Shown here: in pieces, positions 24,750-36,773 of the stretch
Layout of the letters: every line of letters starts with the position of its first letter
Numbering within the stretch: position 1 is the stretch's first letter
Assembly (NCBI GenBank): GCA_023920165.1
Contig: CP089279.1
Location: 1,426,001-1,490,000 of the forward strand
DNA from: Curvularia clavata
Lineage: Eukaryota
DNA length: 64,000 nt
Direction: 5' to 3'
Notes under the pieces: model-generated
What the model saw: only the letters and a program-made list of their open reading frames with translations
Told to the model about the DNA's origin: nothing
Database searches by the model: none
Program-made: the position numbers and the translations under genes

Positions 24750-25028
24750 GGGGAAGAAAGGGACAGATTGTGGATCGGAGGTGGTAGAATCAGTTTGGGG
24801 ATTTGGAGAGAGGAAGATGAATTATGTGTCGTTCATACATAAATAAAGTGTTTTTGCTGTATCAGTGAAAAAAAAATTCTATGGCGACTTTGGTAAAATC
24901 CGAAAGTCCTCTTCTTGATAACGCCGCTTTCCATGCGCTTAATGCAGATATTTGACTATACATACAAGAGATGCATATATCCATGCGAGAAAGATTCAAA
25001 ACCATCATGCGAGCACACGACTTCGCCA

Positions 25029-27057
25029 TTACTCCTCACCCTCGACAGGCTTGCTCGAACTCACCGCCACCGCCTGCTCATCATGGAACCTAATAGTCCG
25101 ACCAGGAATAACACGTTCTTCAAGCGCCTCCCGCTCCTCCTCCTTCGACTTGCGAACTTCGTCCCCATTCTGCCTGCTGTTTCCCGTTGCCATGCCTACA
25201 TTAGTCATGGCCATCGGTGGCGGCGGCGGCAGATTCGCTGGCCTGCAAACACTAGGCGGTCTGGATGCCGTAGGGGTCGTCGTACCGCTTCTGATAAGGC
25301 TCCTTCCGATTCTGACCATGCGGGAGGGCAGCGAATCGCTTAGGCTGCGGGAGTAGCCTGGAGTACGGGAACCACGAGAATCGGCGTCCGTGGCCATGGC
25401 AGTAGTTCCGTCGCTCTGGACGTGGAAGGGGGGTTCGGAGTCGTTGGGGTTAGTTGAGGAAGTACGGGCGAAAGATAAGGCTGTGCTGATTGTGCGGGGG
25501 AAGTTGAGGCCTAATTTGCCCATGGGAATGGAGAGGCCATGGACGACCTGTTGTTCAGTCGTTAGATGCCATTCTTAGTCGGATAGAGGATATCGGTAAA
25601 ATGGGTTTCCAAAGACTTACAACTGAGCAGATGACCAAGAACCAGACGACTACCTTGATGACCTCCATCAGGTATTCCGCATCTTCCCTAACCTCGCCAT
25701 TGACGACGATCTTTTCTAAGAATTCGAGACTGATGTAGAGATAGAAAATAGCACTGACGCCAATGGGCCCGAAGAAACCCACAAACAGCGCCTGTCGCCT
25801 CTGCTCAATTTGGTGAATCTGCTTGTGCAACGCATAGATGATGGGCAGGCGGCGTAGTAACAGGACAAGGATTCCCAAGGGAACGAGGCGGTAGATGGGA
25901 ATGACAGGCGAGTTGTTGAACAGGCTCCAGGGGCAGACCGCGCCGAGCCAGATGAAAACGGAGACGTTGAGCAGCATGTCGATGGTAGGTTGGAAAGAGT
26001 CGTCCATGGTCTCGAGGCGGAACCAGTCATCCCAGGTGAAAACGTTTCCGGCAATGAAACATGCAAGCACGTCGTCGCTACCGACCATTCCTACGGTGCC
26101 GACAATGAAGAGCTACACATGCGTGTCAGTAACATGCCAGAATCCTCCAAAAAAACAGGTCTTCGAAAAAACTCACGGCCAAAGTAATCGCGAAAACCAA
26201 AAAGCTTTCACGATCCACATACTTCCTCTCCTCAGCCCAATGCAGCAGCTCCTTCGCAATCCACCCAATCGTAGCGCCATAGATGACACTCAGAATAATT
26301 GTATATCCCCATGTCTCTCCGAACCAAAGGCCCATCGCAACCCTCGTGCTATTATCCGAGCCCTCTCCATTATGCCCGATATGCTGAATCAAATACAGCG
26401 GCAGGAAAAGAAAAGGGTATCCCAACCCATCATTCGCTCCCGACTCGGCCACAATAATCTTTTGCAGTTCCTTGGGGATATTCGCATCTGCAAATTTACC
26501 CTTGACGATGGAGTTAGACAGCACAGGATCTGTAGGTGTGACGCAAGCGCCGACAGCAAGCGCATGCAAAAAGCTGATATGAGGAACCATGGCATACACA
26601 AGGAGACTAGTTACAAGCCACATGACCGTCATGGCCGGGCCGAGCAAAAGTGACAGACTCTTCCATTCTTTCTTCAAGTACTTGGAAGGCAGTTGCACAC
26701 CAGCAAGTACAAGCTGCACTCCGAGAACCAGACGGGTAAAGTAGAGGGTGATGGTATCCAAGGTATGGGGGTCACTAAGGGCATAATCATCTGGTCTGAT
26801 CCAGTTTGTGCCATGTGGTGAGAAGATGAGGCCAGCGATAAGTGATATCACTAAAGTTCGGCGGATTAGTACAGAAAATTGATGGCGTAATCTCAACATT
26901 TGAGTCCGGGGGTAACTTTTTTTTTTCCCCAAAACTTACATGCTTCACTCAGATAGAACTTTTCTTTCATCAAATAACTCACCAGCCCGAAAAGCGTGAT
27001 GAAGCCGCCCAAAGTCGCGCAGACAATGTTGAAATTGTCCACGGCGAGAGTAGGCAT
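25029..27057 (-). CDS. NHA1: Plasma-membrane Na+(K+)/H+ antiporter, Nha1/Sod2 (CPA1) family, 4 exons
   Basis: MPTLAVDNFN..KEKFYLSEA, TPTDPVLSNSIVKGKFA, ESGANDGLGYPF, GSDDVLACF, FFGPIGVSA, VVHGLSIP; three GT-AG introns. Confidence 0.92.
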
Positions 27058-27711
27058 GACCACGAATCCACCCCAAGGCTCTTAGGTTCTGCTGGCTCTT
27101 GCTCTGCCAATCTCTCGGCAAAAAGCTTGGATGATGAAGCTCAAGTGGCAAAATTTGGTTGCCTCTTCTCTCCACAAACAGTTTGCGTACGACGATAGAA
27201 AATTGATAGCGCTCGTATGAAATCTAGCAGCGAGGCGCGAAGTCGCGTTGGTTTTTTTACGAAACGGTTTGGCGTTCGGGAAAAGCTGATTCGGCACCGG
27301 GGCGGTGTAGTTTGGCGGTGATAAGCAACCAACCGCAATAACAAATGGAGCGAGAAGAGCCCAAATGAACGAAATCAAAGCCCGACTTGCAAAGGAATTT
27401 CTAAAGTATAGGAAATATCTAGAGGAAGATTTGGGGGAAGGCCATAACACTATCAAGAGGTCAAGCAACAGGTGCGAGTGGGTGACCCAATGCTAGTGCC
27501 TTGGCCGACGGCATATCTAAGCCACCCATGGCAAAACCACCGCAACTCTAGTCGAATCAGATGGCACATGCCCTTGAACAGAGCAACGCCGGTGGCGCTC
27601 ATAATTCACACAGGGCTGGGCGTCGTGGAAGATCACATGCTAGAACTTTCAAAATGCTATTTACAACGAGTTCCTTATTCTACGTTTCCAAGAAATACAA
27701 AATCCTGTCCT

Positions 27712-30171
27712 CTAGACATTTGCTGCGGCCGATACCTGAGGTCCGTATGCGACCTGTGGGTATGGCTCGCCGGGTGCCATGAAGTTTGTCTGAGGGTTCT
27801 TCTGGGCCTTGGCAGCTGAGCAACGGGCCATGGTCGGTGAGCTGTGTAGTTGTTAGCACTGTGAAGGCAGAGTTCGTCCTGGGTAGACCACTTACTTTCT
27901 TGAGATGACGTCTGTGAAGAAGAAGTTCTCAATGGGGTTCTTGAGCGCCTGGCCAGTTGTCTGGGCACCCTTGTTCTGCTCAACCAGTTGCACCTGGCTT
28001 AGGCTGGGAAGCGATGCAGGCTCGACCAAATCATATCTCCTGAGAGCAGGCGAGATTTCCTCCATACGGTCTCGCAGCGCCTCAACATCGTCGTAAGGCA
28101 GTTCGGCACCAAGGTACTCTGATGCCGCCCGGACAATCTTCCAGTCCTCCCTGGAGGCGCCTGGAAGGCCAACAGCAGCACGTGTCATTTGTACACGGCC
28201 TTCGGTGTTGACGTAAGTAACAGACTTCTCAGTGTATGCGGCGCCGGGCAGGACGACATCGGCGAGCTGTGCGCCGCGGTCGCCGTGGTGACCCTGGTAG
28301 ACCACAAAGGCGTCCTTGGGGATGTCGGCCTCGTTGATCTCGTCGGCTCCAAGAAGCCAAACGAACTTGGGCTTCGTTTGAGCAACCTCAGCTGAGGGAA
28401 CAGTGAAGCCAACCTCGTAAGCACCAGTGCGGGAAGCAGTTCGCTGGAGAATGTTGAAGCCGTTCCACTCCTCGGTCTGGAAAGTAGCCTTGTTCTTCTC
28501 AACAAAAGCGCCGACTTGCTCGTAGATAGACTTGGCATCGGCGTGCTCAGTAACACCGCTGCCAACGATGATCATGGGCTTCTTGGCCGAGGCCAGCTTC
28601 TTGCCGAATTCGCCAGAAAGAGCGCTCTTGAGGTCGTTGGCGTTGTTTCCAAGCTTCTCGTACTCGAAAGTGCTCTCAAAGTCCTCACCAACGAAGCCAA
28701 TCTCCAAGTCGGTCCTCAGCCACTGCTTTCGGATACGAGCATTCAGGACAGCGGCTTCCCATCGAGGGTTGGAGCCGACAAGAAGGATCACATCAGCCTG
28801 TTCGACACCGTAGATCTTGGAGTTGAAAGCGTAGTTTGACCTGATATCAATTCCGTGGGCAATTGGCTCGTTGCCACCGGGTTGGTCAAGAGCCAGGTTG
28901 TCCGAGCCAAGCTTGTTGGCGAGATCTTTCATGGCAACCAGAGTTTCGGTCTCGACAAGGTGGCCAGCTACGACCTTGAACTCGTTGCCCTTGGGGGCAA
29001 TCTTCTTGTACGCATTGCCAATCTCGACTAGGGCCTGCTCCCAGCTGGCAGGCTGGAACTGATCGTTGACACGGACAAGCGGGTTTACAAGACGCTGTGT
29101 GCTGAGGGCGTCGCAGGCGAAACGAGTCTTGTCGTTGATCCATTCTTCGTTGATGTCGTCGTTAAGACGGGGAATCACCCTCATGACCTGGAGGCCACGA
29201 GAATCGACGCGGATGTTGGAACCTAAGCCGTCAAGGACGTCGATTGTCTCGGTCTTGTACAGTTCCCATGGACGAGCCTTGAATGCGTAGGGCTTGGAGG
29301 TGAGCGCACCGACGGGGCAGAGATCGATGACGTTTCCAGACAATTCAGTATCGAGGGCGGTCTCAAGGTAGGTACCGATTTCCAGGCTGTTGCCACGACC
29401 AAACGAACCAAACTCAGGTGCACCGGCGATATCGTTGGAGAAACGAACGCAACGTGTGCAGTGAATGCACCTGTTCATCGAGGTCTACTTTGCATCAGCA
29501 CGGGTTTGAATGGGCACTTGAAAAAGCTTTTACCTTTACTAGAGGTCCCACGTTCTTGTCCTCAACCGCTCGCTTACCCTCAATCTCGTGGAAGCGTCCG
29601 CGGTCGGCACCGTACCTCATGGACTGATCCTGAAGATCGCACTCGCCTCCCTGGTCGCAAATGGGGCAATCGAGAGGGTGGTTGGCGAGCAGAAACTCCA
29701 TGATGCCCTCTCGCGCCTTGTGGACAAGAGGGGAGTCTGTCTTGACAACCATACCGGGCTGGACGGGCCATGCACAGGAAGCCACGGGCTTGGGTGCCCG
29801 CTCCACCTCGACCAAGCACATACGACAACTTCCAGCAATCATCAACTTTTCGTGGTAGCAGTATCTCGGGATGGTAACTCCGGCCTTCTCGCAGGCCTGG
29901 ATGAGGGCCGAACCGGCTGTTGGAGCGCGTTAGAACCGGGTCTGTAGATTGGGAAAAGGCGTAATTTGTCTTCGTACCTTCGATTGATACCTTCTTGCCA
30001 TCTGCCGAGCTGGTTAGCATACGTCGCGGCCCGCAATGGAGAGTGGCACGAACCGATGGTGAGCTCAACTTCTGCTGGCCGGCGGGCCGAGGCAGTAAAG
30101 GCCCGGCTGCCATTGAGGGCTGCACGGTAGGCAGGCCTCTTCAGCGACCGGATCATGTGTTGCCGCAGCAT
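27712..30171 (-). CDS. NDUFS1: NADH:ubiquinone oxidoreductase 75/78-kDa Fe-S subunit, mitochondrial precursor, 5 exons
   Basis: Presequence [66 protein letters not shown]. 24-nt exon at 29978-30001; last exon [14 protein letters not shown] ends at 27712. Confidence 0.97.
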
Positions 30172-31111
30172 TGTGAGGCTCTGAGCGATGGCGATGGTCT
30201 GGTTGCAGCGGAGCTTCAACTGACGTTCACAATGGGAGCGCTTCCCTTGGCGCTTGAATAATCCGGCCGTGATTGGTCAAAGCGCCGCCCGCGCCTGCCA
30301 CAAAATTCTCGCCGCCCTCGTCCTCCTTCTCTTCTTCTTTAACTCATTTTACGGGCACAATTTATTGTAGGAAAGTTTGGCACTTCTACCACGCTATCCT
30401 CTATTACGTGTCCAAGAGCACGACTCACCGTGCGAGGTAGCTGGAGCAGATGAGGATTTCTGATGATATCTCGTTCCTTACCAACGTCGCTACATACTTT
30501 GATCCCACCCGTGCTCTCGTCTCAAGACTGGCCAGATGGCATCGTGACACAAACGGCAAACACGGGTGCTGCCGTTGAGTGCTTTGCCAACTCTGACAAT
30601 GCGCGAAGCTGCGCCGGGCGGCTGCGAGTACTAGTTCAGCATGAAGACGGCTGGATTTTCAGGCGATGCCTACCAAGCCGCGTAGGCAAGCAACCAAGCA
30701 GTTTGAACACGTGAAGTCTTGATTACCTCACATAGATGCATGTTGACATGGCACATGGCACACGGCTCTGTGAGAGTCACGTTCACACCGGACCAGCGCG
30801 GACACTGTCTGCCTGTTGTGCGGGGAACTTGGATCAAGCTTCCCATCCAGCACAATCACGCGAGCACATTCAAGAACTACATCTGATTCAAGATTCAACC
30901 ATGCTTTACATATCGAAAGTCTACTGTAGATGATCTACGTAATTTTACGCCATTCGCAGGACGGACGGTACATGGCTCTACACTGGGCAGGCCGTCCAAG
31001 GTCTAATGCTAGACATCAAGAAAGAAAAGCGTAGCCAAGCGAGAGCTACCCCAAAACGCCGTGCTATGAACTGCAAACAGCAGCCCCAGCCAAATGTAAC
31101 ATCTCCATCGT

Positions 31112-32581
31112 CTACTCGTTGTCGCTCTCAGGGCCAACCTCCATCTTGGCACCCTTGGTGGCAGAAGGAGGAGGAATCTTCTGAGGTGGGACACCCAGAC
31201 CATTGTGGTTGCGGAAGAATAGAACACCCTTGCCCTCGCCCTCGGCATCGACGCTGGGCTCAACCCACTGGCACCAGCGGGCGCTCTTCCACAGAGCCTT
31301 GAAGAAGCCAATTGTGCCATCCTTGGTGTCGGAGCGGTAGTGCCTGCCCATGATGGGCTTGATGGCCTCGGTGGCTTCGTCGGCGTGGTAGAAGGGAATG
31401 GTGGAGATGTAGTGGTGGAGGACGTGGGTCTCGACAATGCCGTGGAGGAGGTAGCGTCCGATGAAGCCAAACTCACGGTCGATGGTAGCGGCGGCACCGC
31501 GAGTATAGGTCCAGGTCTCGGCGTCGTAGTGAGGCAGGGTGGGGTCGGTGTGCTGGAGGAAGGTAATCATGACGAGCCAGTGGTTGACCCAGAGGTATGG
31601 AATGATGTACCAGACGAGGAGGTTGTTGAAGCCAAAGTTCTTGCCAACCCAGGTAAGACCAGCAATGACGAGAGCGATACCGAGGTCACTAAGCAGGATC
31701 AGGTGCTCATCGCGCTTCTCGTACAGGGGGCTGGAGGGGTTGAAATGGTTGACGCCGCCAAAGAAGCCGTTCTTCTTGCCCTTGCCCTTGCCCTCGATCT
31801 GACGCTCGTGGAAGTTGTGGCCAGTAACGTTGGTGAAGAGGTACATGGGCCATCCAGCGAGTTGCTGGCCGATGGAGTGGAGAAGGGTGTAGACGGGAGT
31901 CTCTTCGGTGAGCTCGCTGATTTCGTGGACAAGCTTGCCGACACGAGAAGCGTAGATCTCGCGGGTCTTGGGAACGAAGACCATATCACGCTCCATGTGG
32001 CCGGTGGCCTTGTGGTGCTTGCCGTGGGAGATCTTCCAAGAGAAGTAAGGGACGAGGAAGAGAGAGTGGCAGAACCAGCCGACGCTGTCGTTGAGCGTCT
32101 TGGAAGGCGAGAAAGCCTGGTGACCGCACTCGTGGGCAAGGACCCAGAGACCCGTACCAAACAGACCTTGGAGGACAGTGTATCCGGCCCAGAGCACCGA
32201 ACGCAGCGCCATCGAGGGAACCGTCTCGGGAGTCACGTAGTTGTGGAAGATGTAAAAGGTGGCAGCCAACGAGGCCAGGTCGCGGGCAACGTAGCCCAAG
32301 CCACGGATAGCGGAGCGCTCGAAGCAGTGCTTGGGAATGGCATCGCGGAGCTCCTTGATGGTGTAGTCGGGGATCTCGAATTCGTTGCCGTACGTGTCGA
32401 GAAGCTTGCCGTGGGGCTTCTTGGTTGTCTTGGGCTGCTCGTCCAGCGAGGACAGCGAAGTGTTGGAAGCCGAGGCAGCTGGAGAGTCAAAGGGCGAGGC
32501 CGAGACGGAGTTGACAGCCGAGTCAGCCGTCTTGTTCCTCTTCATTGCCGGCTTCTGGGAGCGAGCGGTGGTTGTCGCCAT
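31112..32581 (-). CDS. FAD2: Delta-12 (oleate) fatty acid desaturase
   Basis: Three His boxes HECGH, HGKHH, HVLHH; IPKHCFERS, TFLQHTD; strong codon bias; start MATTT at 32581. Confidence 0.95.
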   Translation of the reverse strand: MATTTARSQKPAMKRNKTADSAVNSVSASPFDSPAASASNTSLSSLDEQPKTTKKPHGKLLDTYGNEFEIPDYTIKELRDAIPKHCFERSAIRGLGYVARDLASLAATFYIFHNYVTPETVPSMALRSVLWAGYTVLQGLFGTGLWVLAHECGHQAFSPSKTLNDSVGWFCHSLFLVPYFSWKISHGKHHKATGHMERDMVFVPKTREIYASRVGKLVHEISELTEETPVYTLLHSIGQQLAGWPMYLFTNVTGHNFHERQIEGKGKGKKNGFFGGVNHFNPSSPLYEKRDEHLILLSDLGIALVIAGLTWVGKNFGFNNLLVWYIIPYLWVNHWLVMITFLQHTDPTLPHYDAETWTYTRGAAATIDREFGFIGRYLLHGIVETHVLHHYISTIPFYHADEATEAIKPIMGRHYRSDTKDGTIGFFKALWKSARWCQWVEPSVDAEGEGKGVLFFRNHNGLGVPPQKIPPPSATKGAKMEVGPESDNE

Positions 32582-34711
32582 GATGCTGGAGGCAAACAGA
32601 AGAGCGTGGTTTGTGAAATTAGGGTAACTGAGAGGGGGGAGAAGAAGGAGCAAGCCTTTGGAGTTGCAGCAGCAAAGCTACAAACTTGTTGGGACGCAGG
32701 CTGCAGGGAGGTGGGCAACAGCACCAAAGAGCGCAGGTGAGACGAGGGGCTCAAGAAACCGACCGAGAAAGACGGATTGAGAGAAAGAAGGGAGGGGACG
32801 GGCACGGGCGGGGGATAGAGCAGAATTTAAGCAGTCAGTGGGAGCCCGGGCGGTGTCGATGAATTCCTGGCTAATACATATGCACCAGGGTGGTCAAGCG
32901 GCAGACGAGCACGCCGGGGGCAATGGAGAGCAGCCGTCTCGGTTGGAATACCATCAGACAGATCCAGCTCCATAGCTAGCTCTGCTGGACGCTGTCTCTG
33001 GCCCAGGGCGCTCCACTCGGAAGAAAAAGCCATGGCAGTGGGCAATTGCTTGCCACCGCATTGGACACGTCGAGTACCAGGCGCGCAAGTCACAGCCCGC
33101 ATTTTCTAGCTCCATGCCCCAACGTCGCGGACTAATGCCCTGAGTTTTCAAAGCAGATGGGCAGATCCCTTGTACCCGCCCTCTTGGCACACAGTCGCTA
33201 GGCCAAAGTCGCCAGAGCACGGCGGGCAGACCGCCAGTTTGTGCCAGTCTCTGTCTGCCACCGTCCCGCCTAGCGTCCACCGTCTCAGCACGAATAGGCC
33301 ATGTTGCCACGCCTGCAGCGCTCCCAGCGACCATCTTCGGCCCTGTGCACGCCATCCGCCACATGCCGTCTACACTACGCAGGCAACAAGGCTGCCCACG
33401 GCGCACAATGGCTCGCAGGAGGAATTGGCTGTCTTCTGCTAGGAAAAAAATCGGGATACCGTCCAGGGCCCCTCTGGCGCTGCAGGGTCCGGCCTAGCGC
33501 GCCAGGAACTCGATTGATTCGCCCGCAGCACTACCGACCTTCGCCCACTCACACCATCACCATCTCATCTGTTGAGTCCCGGCCCATACGCCGACCCGCC
33601 TCCCCTTGGGCCATACGCCTCGCCCGTATCGCGGCCACACATGCTGCCGCTTGGTCTGCCGCTTCCGCCGACAAGTCTTACTGCGAGTATTTCCGTCGTC
33701 ATACATGCACATCACCATGTGTAGCCCGTCAGCAACTACATACAACCCCACCTGGTCGCTGCCATCAACATGCTGCATGAGTAAACTTTCCACAGCTGTC
33801 AACATGCAACCACCCAACAACACCGACGTGACCTTCCTCATGTGCAGCTAGTCTCACACTACTGCCAACACCCAAACTCATTGACGACATATTTGGAAAC
33901 CCGCCGCCGCCTCTCACGTGCCTGTCGATGCTCCTGTTGGCCTGCCCCTTCGCCAGCTCCCTCTCTTGTCCATATACATACTGCCGTGCCGCATCGATCT
34001 ACACTACATGCGTATACTCGCTTCGAGACATGACGACGGGGCTGTGCCCCATTCGGAAACCTGAGACGGACATCGCGTGTGCATTTACACCTCAGAGCAC
34101 GGTCGTCGCACGTGGAGAGCCCTGTATCTTCTCCAGACTTTCACATGCAAACCCCGCCACTCCTTCACCGGCAAGTGGATCGCAGGCCCCTACCACCCGT
34201 TCAACGGATGCACCGGGGCATTTTGCAAAAGAGCTCGGACGGCTTGCTATGCTGGTAGCTTTTTTTGGCGTCTCTTGGCCCCTTATCTCCAAATCGCGTC
34301 CCCACGACCGTCATACATGTGAAGACACACTAGCATACATCCCATGTGCCCTATCCAACTCTGCGTGCTCTTCTTGGTGCCATAGACTTTGCAACTTTTA
34401 CGTCGCGCCTGACTTGATGCAGATCAAATCATCCACACGCAGTGGTACACGTGTATCAGTCATTGCATCGGGGTAGTCAAAAAAGAAAGGAGCAGACCGG
34501 AGAAGAAGAAATATCGACAAACCACAAAAGCAACCCCAGGTGTAGATCTGGGGCCATATTTCGTGGTGTTTGTATTGGGTGGGCGATTGTGGATGGTACC
34601 ATCCATATTCGCAGTGCATCATGCCTTCAAGCATACACCAAGAAAACACCAAGGTTGTGCTGTCAGAATGACCATGCCAACATCTAGATTTGTCTTCTCT
34701 GCTGCGATAGG

Positions 34712-36152
34712 CTATCTCGGCCCCAGCTTCTTCCAAGTCAGAAAGGCTACAAAAGCTGCGACGCCTATCCTCCCAACAAGCACTGTCGTCACAGCCCTTC
34801 TGATGATTGGATAATATCCCTCTAGCATCGTATTAACAGCCGCACCTCTAGCCATCATCTTTCTTCTTCCACTCTGACCCCACGTTCTTCCCACACCCAA
34901 CCCCGCTATCCCGACTTCACCCGGTTTCTCTTGTTCTTTTTCCAGGGACCCCAGCGCCTCGCTGCCTATGCCTGGAAAGTCTTGCTGGCCTGTCGTCGAG
35001 ACGCTCGAACCGGCGGAACTCAATTCTAACGACTTCTGCTTCCGGAATCGGTAAGACATTGCCCACAGTACGAACCGCACGTCCCAGCTGGTAAAGGTAG
35101 GATATGTCCATAGCTCTAGTGCATTGTGAGGAGGTATGTGCTCGAGAAAGTCGCTTACAACACCGAGCGTCAGACCCCACAGCAACAGCGGGGGTTTCCG
35201 GTCCCTGGATCTCGATGCAGGTCCTGCCAGGGCATCTCTGATATGGTTCACTACACCTTGCGCTTCCTCGTTAATCGGTATGAAATCCGGGATCGTTGCG
35301 CAATGTGTCGAGTTCGATGGCACTAGCTGGATAGCGGCGAACATCATCTGGCTCAGCATCGCCTGCAGGAACCAGCGCTTGATACCCAGCTCTGACTTGG
35401 CCAAGCGTGCCGACACATCAGCATATTCATGTGTACGTAGGGCAGGCGAGAGCAGCGCACGAATAGGGACCCAGTGTGAGGAGGCTACTTCGGTGGGCTG
35501 CAGACGTTGCGACGGGTAGGATGGGGAGGTCAGAAGGTAGATGTAAGGACATAACACCATAAGCCTGTAGATGGTCAGTATTTGCGCTCCTATCATCCAC
35601 TCTTCACACACCAACGCCAGAGTTGTGCGGAAACTTGACGTACGGTACTTTCCCCCAGCTCGTCGTAACAATGCGCTGGGGCAGGTTGCCGACAGCTATG
35701 GCATTTTCTGGGCTCAAATCGATACCCACTTCCTCCAACGCTTCCCGTGCAGCTGTGACCTGGTCATCACTATCCTCCGGGTCTCGTTTCCCACCCGGCA
35801 ACGCGACATGTCCATTCCACTTATCGCCCACCCTTGTTGCTCTCTTTATAAACAGCAGCTCTGGATCGCCATGCTTGACCCATTCTTGTTCAAAAAAGCT
35901 GCTCAACGAGGATTCAAAGTCGAATTCGTCTTTCGGCTTTACTGCTGAAGAGCGTCGGCGGCGCTTCGGCAATGGACTGTCGGAGCTGTCGGGCCAGTGC
36001 GAGTAGCTGGGTTGTATGCGCAGAATGAGCGCTACCGACGCACGTTTGGGGAGGTTTGGCGGACACGCGACGTCTGGATAGGGGTTGGCATTGAGTTCGA
36101 GCAGCACCGACTGGAGATGACTGACGAGGTCATCGGTACTGACTGCGGCCAT
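34712..36152 (-). CDS. Nudix hydrolase of the CoA-diphosphatase-like (NUDT7/Pcd1-related) group with C-terminal hydrophobic anchor
   Basis: RASVALIL, WNGHVALPGGKRDPED..TAAREALEEVG Nudix box, LLWGLTLGV; intron 35565-35643 joins the two ORFs; hydrophobic tail followed by WKK. Confidence 0.85.
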
Positions 36153-36254
36153 GATGCTGTAGGAGCTGCGCTGCGTGGGCTAAGTAAGCCTCGTCGTAGT
36201 GATATGACAGCGCAGATAGAGCCAAAGCAATGAGAAGGTGATCCTCAAGTGTTG

Positions 36255-36372
36255 CCTCGGCTACCCCTTATGCAGAAAAGTAAAGTATGCACTCTGTGAT
36301 AGAACCTTTGTGTAACGTCCAGGAGACCTGGAGATGTCAGCATTATCGATAAGCCGGAAAGGAGAGCCGAGG
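36255..36372. promoter_or_regulatory. Two FarA/FarB-type CCTCGG/CCGAGG sites in the Nudix/ADE17 divergent promoter
   Basis: CCTCGG 36255-36260 and CCGAGG 36367-36372, about 100 and 215 bp upstream of the Nudix ATG. Confidence 0.35.
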
Positions 36373-36773
36373 CGCGGACAATCCCACGTCAAGCATGACG
36401 ATTGGTCACATTGTGGGGGGTGCCCTGGACAGCAGCGAAAAACGCTCGCAGTGTTACAAGGCTTCTTCTGCGTCGTGAAGAAGAAGAAGAACTGCAGCCG
36501 CCGCAAGCGATACGCGTTGAATCTATGCGCCGAGTCAGAGGTATCGTATCTGCAGCGTGGAGGGGTTACGTAGGAGGCAAATCGGGCCGGCGCATGGAGG
36601 GGTAGCAAAATGAGGCCAATCTCAAGCCCCGCGATACCAAAAAAATCTCCACAAGTGTCTTGCGCCATTGCTTTGTACCCCAGATCCGACTTTGAGTCGT
36701 CTTCTACACCTCAATTGACGCCAAGGTTCTTGTACAATTTTCTGACACTCAGAATCTCGCATAATCAGTCAGA

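Noticed and set aside
31340..32740. 466-aa plus-strand ORF antisense to FAD2
   Set aside because: Shadow ORF caused by strong C-ending codon bias of the sense gene; no recognisable protein features.
32827..34700. Numerous 60-180 aa ORFs upstream of FAD2 (similar ones occur at 42200-44500)
   Set aside because: GC-rich promoter sequence yields overlapping ORFs on both strands with no codon bias or domain signal.
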